From NCBI GenBank assembly GCA_028023455.1, contig JAQFVV010000002.1, forward strand, positions 15,686,001 through 15,750,000: a stretch of 64,000 nt of DNA, in the 5' to 3' direction. The stretch is from Epiperipatus broadwayi. Taxonomy: Eukaryota; Animalia; Onychophora. The position numbers were made by a program, and so were the translations under genes. Numbering within the stretch: position 1 is the first letter of the stretch; each line of letters starts with the position of its first letter. This document shows, piece by piece, positions 53,271-64,000 of the stretch. The notes under the pieces were generated by a model. The model made no database searches. It saw only the letters and a list, made by a program, of their open reading frames with translations, and was not told the DNA's origin.

Positions 53271-55170
53271 AAAAGCTGCAGCAGAGTTCTGCAAGTACAT
53301 TAACTTTAGTTACATTGTTTTTTGATATCATGAATAAATTAATTCTTTTGTTACAGTTTTACAAAATAAGATTTTAAAATGTTATGAAGCAAATGCTTAA
53401 AGACATCTATTTCCTTGTTGATAACATTTACAACTTGCCAAAATGTTGTTACCACTTTTACTAACTAATTACTTAAGCCACTAATGTATCCCTATGGAAT
53501 TGCATTAGTGAACTACTATTGTGCAGCTTTCCAAACCTTTTTCTAACAAACAAAATTCGTGGTGTGATCTTTTAAATATTTAAAATAAGAGAGCAAAATA
53601 ATATTATTATATAGGTCTTAAAGATAATATTGGAATATATATGTAGTCTTGGCATACCTGATATATGTTTTTTATCTATATATCCATATGCCATCATACA
53701 TTTCAAGATAAATTAGGTTAATCAATTTTATCATTCCTTTAGATTATTAACTCGCCTGTTTGTAATGACCATATATATGATAAATGCTTCACATGTGCAT
53801 ATATCTTGGCTGATTACAACACGACACACACATTGCAATAGGACTAGGGTTTAAACTAGGGTGTGAGGGTCAGGAAGAAATAAAGGAAGGCAAAACTAAG
53901 ATTTGCTTTTCTGGAATGACTAATTTTCTAAACTCTGGTAATATCAATATATCAATCTCTCTATCAAATATAAAATAATTATTTATATATTCTACCTCAG
54001 ATTTTATAGAGAGAACAAGTCTGACAAGTGACTTTATTTAGACTAAGCCTCAAATAAAACACAGATTTAAACACAGAATTTTTTAATGTAGCAGAACATT
54101 AAACTTCATTAGAGATAATTTCTATTCATTTTTAAACTATTGCTAATTATCTATAGTTAAGTATGGAATAATTCATCAATACTGGAATGACCAATTTTTC
54201 AAATGCCAAGTAAAATGACTATTTATCTATGCCACTTTGAAACTTATAAATAGGATGAGTCTGACTAGTGATATTATTAAAGCTAAGCCTTAAGATATGA
54301 CTCATTAGACTTATCATTTCTATAAGATTTAAGATAACATATAAAAATGGGTATTTTACATTTGCTGGACAAGTTTAATAAAATGACTGGCATATTGATA
54401 TTAGCAGTATTTGGACAGGTGGTCATTTTAGTTTTTACATAATGAAATGGAAAGTTGCATCAAATATGATACAAATATGCCAATGCTAATAAAAATGCCA
54501 TGATGGACATTATTTGTAATGAATCTGATAAAACAGAAGTAAAGTAATAATGGAAAATTTCATCAATCATTTATGATTGGATATAAATACTATAAAACAT
54601 GTTCATCAACAAGTAAATGCCAAAAATGAGACATAATAAAATAAAAGCATTAACCTATACAATACTTCTTGCTATATGCACATAACTATAAAATTAAGCA
54701 TATATCATATGTTATATAAAGTATTATGAATATAGGGAAATGCTGAGATCAGGATCATATATTTCTACTTGCTATAAATAAATTATTAGTTATATCACAA
54801 TAAATAAAGGATGTGGATTTTAAAGACAATTCTCAGCCAGTTAATAATATGCAAATTATTCTAATATATATAGAAACAACACATATGTACATTTAATTCT
54901 ATTATTGGCTGGCACTATCCTTTTGGATGACACAAGACTGCTCAATATACGAGTACAAACGTAAATACAAAATATTTAATCTATTATTGAATAAATCCAC
55001 TATAATAATTTGAATTATGTTAAATAATATTATCAATTAATTAGTAATAAAAATAATAAAAAAATAAATATTTTCCAATAACACCAATAAATTATTTTCT
55101 GATTCCAACTATTTACAAATAAAAGACATTAATTATTTCAAGAGATTGAAAAAACTAAATATTTAAATTG

Positions 55171-55317
55171 TGATTTACAGATAGATATATATGAAATATT
55201 GTGGAAGGAAACTACTCTTCACACATTTGCTATGAAATAGATCCACACTCTCCCATTAATAGTAGCACATGTGTTACGAGTAGCTTCCTTCACAATATTT
55301 CATATGTCTATAAATCA
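55171..55317. repeat. Fold-back / MITE-like element
   Basis: ~40-45-bp inverted arms tgattta...atgaaatattgtggaaggaaactactc / gagtagcttccttcacaatatttcat...taaatca; a related half-copy lies at ~55595-55637. Confidence 0.7.
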
Positions 55318-56414
55318 CTATATAATCAACTATTACATATGTAACAACTAATAAGATTCAGCATCACAGGTAGTTAAAAATAACAAACTTTTTCTTACAA
55401 TCTGAACTTGGGCAAATAATATGCCAATTTGAAAATCATGGTTGCTTCAAGATCGAGCTCTAAATTCAAGAATAATCAAAAAGGTGGATTTATTTAAAGA
55501 ATAAGCTCTAAACATAGATAGAATATCTATGCTTTTAAAACATTTATTGACAAGAGAATGTGTATCTATTTTAGTGTATCTATTTTATTGTGTGAGAGAA
55601 CTTTCCTTCGACAATATTTCATATGTGTACAAATCATTATATTACTAATTATATATGTGTGTGTATGTTCATAAGTACACTAATGCACACGCGTATTTGC
55701 TTCTAACAACTCATAAATATTCCAATAATTAATCATTTTCTTACATCTAAAAGCTAAGTTATTCTAACAAATAGAACATGGACATACTTAATTTTAATTA
55801 TGGCCAACATATTTTAACAATGCACAACTCAAAAGTGATTTTAAAAAGAATTATTGACCTTTAACATATAAATATGTTAAGGCATTAAAAAAAAAAACTT
55901 TTCCTAATTATAGAACGAATTAAATATCTTTTAAGAAAATTTAAACAAAATAAATTTAAGAATTTTTAAATAAAATTCGTTTTTTGATTTTTTTTTCTTC
56001 ATAAGACTTAAGACTACTTAGTTCCTTAATTCTCTTGCTATAAAATCTTTTCCATTAGTTGGCTAATGTAATAAATTTTGAAGTTGTTTATTAGTTATTT
56101 TTAAAACAAATTAATATAAATAAATCCTCTTTCTTTTGAACAATAAAGAGAAATATATTTTTCTTGTTCATTCTTTAATAGTGGAATTAATATTTTAACA
56201 TCACATGCCCATAATATATGAACTTCCGGGTATTTCTTAATCATTATCATATTTCTTTTGTCTGCACTTTTATATGTATGTAGAATAGACATCATGTGTA
56301 GATAGTATATTTAGAAGTGACATTAAGTTTCTTTTGTCTGTGTGCCTATATTTATAATAGACTACCTTACAGAAATTTCCTTGGGTAATCAGATAATATA
56401 TAATAGATAACTTT

Positions 56415-56514
56415 TTTTTTTCCATATGTCATAGCATCGGCTGGGAGGTGAACCCGCAAACCATCTGCTTGCTTAGCAAGGCGGCTGCGCTGACCTCTCG
56501 GCTAACAACGCTTG
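56415..56514 (-). mobile_element. tRNA-Gly-derived SINE (expanded anticodon-region subfamily)
   Basis: 18-bp TSD tatataatagataacttt (56397-56414 / 56517-56534); shares gttgttagccgagaggtca with the 3260 copy. Confidence 0.9.
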
Positions 56515-56940
56515 TTTATATAATAGATAACTTTCAACTCTGATTTAGCTTTTATACTATTTGATCTTCATTTACAATAGCACGTCCTTCTGGACTATGG
56601 AAATATAAACAGTGAGGAGTCTGCTAATGATATATTCTTGATTCTGCAAGAAATGGTTAAATACATACTCAATATTTATAGTTATATCAAAGAATGCGCA
56701 GAATAATAAGCTAATTTAAAGATAAACATTTCACCATTTTAATTTAAAATAAAAAAAAGATTGTAATTGTATTATATTTGTTATTTTTCATTATCTTATA
56801 TATCAAAACAATGCAGGTTCAAAAATAATTAAATTAATTTTTTATAATCTTTTTTTAAGTACTAACATTTAAAACAACCTATTATAATTACATGTTCTTT
56901 TAAATAAATGCTTCTGTTTATATCAAAATAGTTTTTTTTG

Positions 56941-57036
56941 TTTTTTTTTATGTGTCAAAGCGTCGGCTGGGAAACGAACTCCGGGACAACTGCTTGTAAG
57001 GCAGCTGTGCTAACCATTCGGCCACCAACGCTTGAC
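56941..57036 (-). mobile_element. tRNA-Gly-derived SINE (short, most tRNA-like form)
   Basis: gtcaa-GCGTTGG...gctgcCTTACAAgcagt...CCGACGC-tttgacacat plus A-tail. Confidence 0.9.
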
Positions 57037-57524
57037 TTTTTTTTCCATTAAAAATTTAGATATTTGACAGAATTAAAAATATAACACGTAATAATCCATT
57101 TGCATTAGAAATGTATTTTTATTTAATTTTAAATAGTTTACAGTATTTTAAAATAACAAAAGTATTATTACCTAATTTAAATAATTTTAGACTTTATTTT
57201 AAATATTTAAATTAATAACTTTGTCTATAATATTTTTTTCTTTGGGTTATTCAATTATTGTTTCATGTTCCAGAGGAAGGATCACTTCATTATTCTTCCT
57301 CTTGGAGAAGAGGAAAAAGAAACGCAACCCATTCTCGTCAATTTTTTCATAAATACGAAAACATAGATAGAAAGTGGAATTTAAGTATCAAATGTGATAT
57401 GTCGGACTATTTTCATAATCTATCGTTAAATGTTGAATGTATAGAAAATTAAAAACTTTATTTAAACTTTTCAAATAGAAACTTGCTAGTAATAATACAT
57501 AAATAGACAATGCAGATTACTAAT

Positions 57525-57646
57525 GGCACTCTTCTTCGGGTGTTGCTGGCCTTACTAGTGATAATATTAGCAGAGGAGATGAACTTATACCTTTAGATTC
57601 TCGAATATCAAATTTTACTGCAATGATCTAATCAACTGAGCTATAT
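57525..57646 (-). mobile_element. Family B head-to-HHR fragment
   Basis: Reverse complement atagctcagttgattagatcattg...gagaatctaaaggtataagttc...ggccagcaacacccgaagaagagtg. Confidence 0.65.
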
Positions 57647-57649
57647 ATA

Positions 57650-57756
57650 TTTTTTCTTTTTCATGTGTCATAGCATCGGCCGGGAAGCGAATCCGCTAAC
57701 CCGGGACAACTGCTTGTAAGGCTGCTGTGCTGACCTCTCGACCACCAACGCTTGAC
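57650..57756 (-). mobile_element. tRNA-Gly-derived SINE
   Basis: 13-bp TSD aactgagctatat (57634-57646 / 57757-57769). Confidence 0.92.
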
Positions 57757-60700
57757 AACTGAGCTATATTTGTATTTCATCTTTCATTTATTTTCTAGTG
57801 ATCCAACTGATATTCTACGAAAAGATTTCATCTTGCAATACTGAGATATATATAGTGAAATTTAAACTGACCAAGAGGAATATTTCACCTCATGTGCTAT
57901 AGGCTAACTAATTTTTTAAATATAAATAATCTAGTAAAATGTTTGAAATCTCAAGTCTCATTTATATGGATTATATAAGTCTAAGAGGTTAAATATGATA
58001 AATATTTGAAACAAAACTTGCGATTGGATTGTTGCTGCACCTGAAATGAAAATACTCCTTGTATTCACATGGCAACATTGCATATATTCCTCATCCGAGA
58101 CTAGTAGCTAAAAATATGGCTAAATAACCAACAGCCAAAAAGTTCCATCCAATCTATAAGAATTTTCTTTTTCTTCTTCCGTCCCTCTTTAAATATAAAC
58201 TCTGTGTTCACATGCACATCAATCAACACATATTTCATTAAATTTTCTTATTTTTAGCAATATATTCCAGAATCTTCTTTTACAGATGTCAATTAATTCT
58301 GAGCTTGTATAATTATTTGTAGCCCTGGCCACAAGAAGGTGAATGTCATCAAACCCATAGTTTGGTCATCATTTTTAAAATGACAAAATACATCAAATCA
58401 TACACTATTGAGAAATAGAAATAATAATAATAATATATATTTAATGTTTTGGTGTGTGTGCTCAATATGAAGTAGGCTTTTCATGCACTTATTACCATTA
58501 TGAGGTTGTTTATATGATTGCAAAAATTCCTTCCATTACAAATGGTATCCCAACTGTAAATCTGGTGATATTCAAGCCATTGCAACTAGTGTTTCAAAAT
58601 GGACTTGCACTTTGAAACTCAAATATAATTATACATTTTAGAAACAAGAACTGATATAGATTATTCAAAATCACAAAAGATGAAAAATTCATTTAATAGT
58701 GAAATATATCACAAGTGTAAATATAAAGATTTGATTATTAAATGATAGATAATTCATTTATAGATTTATATATAGGAATAAATTATGTACGTGTAAACAG
58801 AGTTCATATTTGTGGAAGGATATGAGAAAATAAGGACACTCTAATATGGAACTTTTGGCTGCTATACATTGTTTAGCTGTGCTTTTAGTTACTGGTGATA
58901 GATGGGAAATTTTGTGATCAGTCAAAGAATGAGATGGAATGTTGTTGTTTTTTTATCTGAGACATTACCTAACTTATTCACATGTTAATATGTCTTAGTT
59001 TCTATATCTTCCATGTATACTAGATTTTTTTCATGTATTTGTCAGAATCAATATCTGAGTCACAGATAATCTTCAAGAGTCAGACTTGAAATTCAAAAGA
59101 TTTTGCTAGTTATTTGAATTTAGGTTTTAGATAGCTTATATGTTTAAACTGAGATAGCCTTCTGGTATATCCATATTGCTTTGTGTATTTTATTATCTGA
59201 TGATTGAATGCTTTATACCTCTCAGAATTGCAGATTAGTAATTTATTTAGAAAAATTGATGAAAATGTCAATCGAACATCTGAATAAATAGATTAAAAAT
59301 TTCATAATTGAATTTATTTATGTTTATGTATATATTTATGGTGTTTTATTTTTATTACTTTTACCCAAGAGGAGGAATAAAAAGTCATATTGTCTTATGA
59401 ACCAAATCATAGTGGATGAATAAAATATGTCTTAATATTACGAAATACAAAAGTGCTTAAAAATGAGATAAAAAGATTGAATGCAAATCTAGCATTAATT
59501 TAAGCAATTAATTAAAGTGATTTTTGTATTGGTTTAAAATATTTTTTTTTTAAAAAATCTGTACTGTTCATTTAGTCACATGTCTGACCCAACAAAGAAA
59601 TATATATTTAAGTATAGATGCACTTATTATCCAGAAAGTTGAAGAATATATTAATTAGTCTTATGATTTTTGACATCATATTGTCAGAATCATATTTTTT
59701 AGTGACAGAAGAGACAACACTTTATCTTATTTTCATGCAGTAAATTTGATAATCCTATATATAATTTATCTGGTTACAGTAATTATATTACTATGATGAA
59801 AAATTCTATATTTAAGTTTAAATACAACATCAACACATGAAAGACTGTTTTGCATTTCAACATCCAAATCCATTTTTCTATTTGAACAAACTACTTAAGT
59901 TATTCACATTATTAAGATGATCGCCATTCTTGCTAGCACCATCTAGGAAATTTTTTTTCTATACTGGCTGATACTCTAAATTCTCTATAGGTTAGATTCA
60001 AAACACTCAAAGTGTTCTGTAGATCATTTTTAATTACAAATAATAGCATGCTAATCAGGTAGTGTAAATGTAGAATTAAAAAGGCTGGTGTTTTCTTTTG
60101 ATTTCCAATTGATTTAAATAATATAATTCCGTTTGTCAAATCTATATTATAATCTAATTCCTGCCTCATAAAGCTAACTATAAACTATTCCATGGAATAA
60201 TATCATGAAAATAAAAACACAAATTTGGAATTATTGACATTAGTTTTCATTTCAAATACTTCAGATTTGCCATTATTAGTAATAAACATTTTATCTAATA
60301 CAATCATAATAGATGTTGTAAATTTATATGTTCTAGAAAATTGTCTTTACAATGAATTGCTATTGGTGATAAGAAAAGATTAAAAGCTTTCTAGACCTTT
60401 TTCTTCTTCATATTTTTTTTTTTGCATTTTCAAATTTTTCACGAAGCCATTCATGCATAGATATAATGTATTACAGAATCAGATTTGGTTAGGTAATAGA
60501 ATATTTAATTCATCCATTATTTGTAATACTGTATATCCAAATAAATTTTTCTCTAAATATTTTTAAAACTAAATTTTTTTTAAATAAATAGAAATTATTG
60601 GCTTTATGTTTTGGCCTCTTTTTATGGTTACTCTTAATAGGGAGCACCAAACTCTAAATCAGAATTACAATACAAATGACCAATAAAACAATGATATAAT

Positions 60701-62131
60701 ATAAGCAAATAGTTAATAACATAAGGAGGCCAATCATAAAACTTGTTCAGTAGATTCTATTTTCAGTGCAACCACAAGTCTTACAAAGACATGCACAGAA
60801 CAGTGATTCCCAATCTGGAACTATCTAATAGTAATGCATATTTCCCACAAATTGTATAAATGGTCTAGCATGCCCAAGATTGTATCCATAATCTGGTAGC
60901 AGAAAATATTACTGAACTTTTATAAGCAGGTCAATGTGGCTGGAAATGTTAGATCTATTGAAATGTGTCGTGATATTATTCCAATCTCTTGGTTATTGTC
61001 AATAACTACTGTTGTTAATATATTTTGAATTTACTTTAATTGAGTCTCAATGTCTTGCTGACAAGAAATAATGTTTTCTGGCTAATAAATAATAATTATT
61101 ACTTATTTACTGCCAGAAAAAACAACAACAATATTTTCTTCACAAACACACACACATATAAATAGCAAAAGAATTAGTACAGGACTGACAAAATCTATAG
61201 TATGAATTTATCAGGTCTTCATCACCATTAAATGAGTTCTCATTTCAAAATTCATCAGAACTGAACTTCAACAGTGGCTAATATTATTAGAGCTGGTCAA
61301 TTAAAAAATAAATAAAAACAACGAAATATTTTTTTTTCTGATGATAAACTAAGAAAAAAAAATATCCCTCCAATTTTTAAAACTAAGAAAAATAGATGTC
61401 ATAATGGTTAAAATTAGTTTACTGGAGCAATTTGATCTGAACAATCTAGAAAAGTGACAAGTATACTGTGAGAATCTAGTTTTTTCTTAAGTCAACTATT
61501 AATTTAAGTTTGGCAATATTAATAAGGGTGTGTGGTGCTGTAATATATGAGATCTTAAGCTCTTAGTCAGCCTGTACATTTTAATTTGAGCAAGATTTTG
61601 AAAAATATAATCAACGTACCACTTGTTTGTTCTTGTTCTAAACTCCTAACTTTATTACAGAGATACAATTTCAGGGGTGAAAAAAAATGGCTAAAAACTT
61701 TGACATGAAATGGAAGTTAGAAACAAGCAGCAATTTCAATGATTTCTTAGATGAGGCACTTAGAGACTATTTTCAATTTTGAGTCTCTCAGGTATCCCAA
61801 GTTTAAACAACAACAAATTATAAGGCCCCATTTAAAAAATCTTGATATATTACTACATTAATCAGGAAGAAACCAGGATCAGAGAAATATCATGCTGATC
61901 AATATAAAAAGTAGGAGATTCCCACACTTTTAAAGACTGTAATATTTTGTGACACGTACTGCTGAAAATGCTTGCTATTAATATAATGAACAGCAATGCA
62001 TAACCAATGAATGCTCTTATAGGTACACACGTTTTAGATATTACAATCATATTATGCATTCATATGTATATTGCTTATAATAAGTCCCCTCATTTACACT
62101 CTAATGCAATTTTTTTTAGTGATTTCTTTAT

Positions 62132-62175
62132 TTTCCTGACAGTTTCGACTGTCCTGCGGTCTTCATCAGAGCAAA
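62132..62175 (-). ncRNA. Minimal type-I hammerhead ribozyme motif (family E)
   Basis: TTTGCT-CTGATGA-A-GAC-cgcaggaca-GTC-GAAA-CTG-TC|AGGAAA: complete core, G-C closing pair of stem II, 5/6-bp stem I. Confidence 0.75.
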
Positions 62176-63850
62176 ATCAGCAAGATAGTCAGAAAAGAAT
62201 GGGATCAATTATAAAAACACAAAGAGTAAAGTAAAATCTTATGAAATCAATGTGATCAAAGGGAAAAGGTTCAGAAAGCACTGATTTAGTTCTCAAGATC
62301 TAAATTATTAATGACATGCCATTAGAAATGAAGATGAATTCTGAAGTTACCATTAATAAAATAATAATCATCAATTGCAGCCTAGCAGCAAAATAACTTC
62401 TGATTATCAACATAAGCAAATTCATCTTCTGGGTAAAATAAAAGATGAATCTTGCAAAGCTTAAAAAGTCATTACATTTGCCTCTAGTTGTGTTAGAAGT
62501 GGATTGCAGCAATTTATTATTTTGTGAGGTTATTCAATGAGTGAAATGAATAACAAATATTGTAAATTTGTTAAGCAATGATCCACATGTCTTTGATGAC
62601 AGACTGGATCATTATTTAAGATTATATATAAGACCAACAAAAGATCATTGCATACCTTTGCCATGTGTTTTGAGTACTAATAAACAAAAGGCTAGATGAT
62701 GTTATTAAGTCAGTAAGCTCATCAGAACAGGAATATTGATAATTATCACCAATAGATGTTATCTTAAAGTAAATTATTTGCCTTTCAGAATAGCAGTTTG
62801 ACATGTAACATTCCAGTAAATAGCCAATCAACTTGCTATTGAAAAATCAGATGCACTACCATAGTTTGATAATTTTCTGTTTATAGAAGAACAATTTTGG
62901 GCATGTAAAATCTATTAAACTTTAGTAAAAAAATATATTTGAGAACAAATAGTTTAAATTGCTTGGGTATAAAATAGATGCAAACAGGCATGCATATAAT
63001 AAAACAAAAAATAAATGAAATTAAGTAGACAAGAACTCTTATAAATAATAACAAGCGCCAAACTTTTCTAAGTGCCATTAATTATTACGTAATTTTATTT
63101 TAAATAAATCCTTTCTTGACATCAGTAGCTCAGTGTTATTCCAGAAAGTGGTCAATCCATTTACTTCTGGAAAATCTGGGGCTCATGGCTACAATGCTCT
63201 TGGCATGGCTTAATAAGTACATCTATAGCCAAGAAACAGATGAACTTCTATTAATTAGGGCTTTGGAACAAATTTCTCAGCTTTCATGCTTAACCAATGT
63301 GATAAAATCAAAAAGTGCAAGTATGATAAATTGTGGATTGCTACCCCTGCAGTATATTACATGTTCAGTAAGCCATTAGATGGATTCCACCATCAATTAT
63401 AAACACAAAGGTCTTACATACAATGGCATTCAAACCATAGTTGGACAGCAAAATTTCAGAGACAGAGATGAACTGAAGCATATTTATGAAATACAATAAA
63501 GCAATGAAGGATCACTAGATAAGATGTTAGTTATCCCAACAGAATATCAATTTCAGGATCTATAGAAATTATACCAGATGATTATGAAAACAGATCAAAA
63601 GATGAAGCAAGGGGATTATGAAGCTATACACCAGTTTGTTTCTTTACTCCAAAGCTAATATCAGCCAGGAAGTGGAAATGCTGTGGAATCATCTTAAGTT
63701 TATCCTCAATAATGACCTTGTCCAAACTATATATAAAGTTCTCTAGATCCAATTCACCATTCAATAGAGCAGAGTGGTAAAATAACAATTTTATGTAAAC
63801 AAATATCCAATAGCATAAATAGGTATAGATCTGAGTCATCACATCTGGTT
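62176..63850 (-). mobile_element. Heavily decayed Penelope-like retroelement upstream of HHR-E
   Basis: HFHF...QTGV*LHNPLASSFDLF (cf. GVAMGSPLA...ANLF), SLKF, then Cys-containing GIY-YIG-like and YPE(G)MN-like terminal pieces; many stops and frameshifts. Confidence 0.55.
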
Positions 63851-64000
63851 GTTCATAATAAGAAAGAAATTAATATAAAAGAGGTCTATTTGAGAGAAAT
63901 TAAGAGCACATTTTATCGAGTCATATTCAAAACACTAATTCAAGGTCTGAAATTATTCTGACAGTTAACACATATTGCTCATTATTTTCAGAAACAATCA

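Noticed and set aside
56941-57036. Possible genuine tRNA-Val(TAC) gene
   Set aside because: Gly-type body, irregular T-arm, A-tail and seven dispersed relatives with TSDs indicate a SINE.
57300-57345. Minus-strand MGCVSFSS... (myristoylation-like start)
   Set aside because: It stops after 16 codons with no convincing donor.
61741-62100. Plus-strand Gypsy integrase-like wording
   Set aside because: Similarity is too weak, and the adjacent sequence is better explained as the minus-strand PLE 3' region.
579-63842. Most 60-130-aa ORFs in the supplied track
   Set aside because: Low-complexity I/K/F/L-rich translations typical of random AT-rich DNA or the antisense of repeats; only those with transposon motifs were kept.

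Overview
Very AT-rich (roughly 70-75% by eye), CpG-depleted eukaryotic DNA, most consistent with an invertebrate animal genome. I found no prokaryotic genes, CRISPR arrays or rRNA. Nearly all recognisable sequence is decayed mobile elements: five Penelope-like (PLE) remnants, RTE-type LINE fragments, two hAT (GTF2IRD2/SPIN-like) elements, a probable Gypsy fragment, eight copies of a tRNA-Gly-derived SINE and several fold-back elements. The only host-gene candidate is a possible first coding exon on the minus strand at 48128-48220. The most striking signal is an unusually dense set of minimal type-I hammerhead ribozyme (HHR) motifs from at least five unrelated families. These include a non-coding ~410-nt HHR element (family A, 7 loci), a tRNA-Phe-headed SINE carrying an HHR (family B, 5 loci), and HHRs downstream of PLE ORFs. 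Most HHR loci are head-to-head inverted pairs. All alignments, folds and consensus sequences were made by eye, and element boundaries are approximate unless a target-site duplication (TSD) is given.
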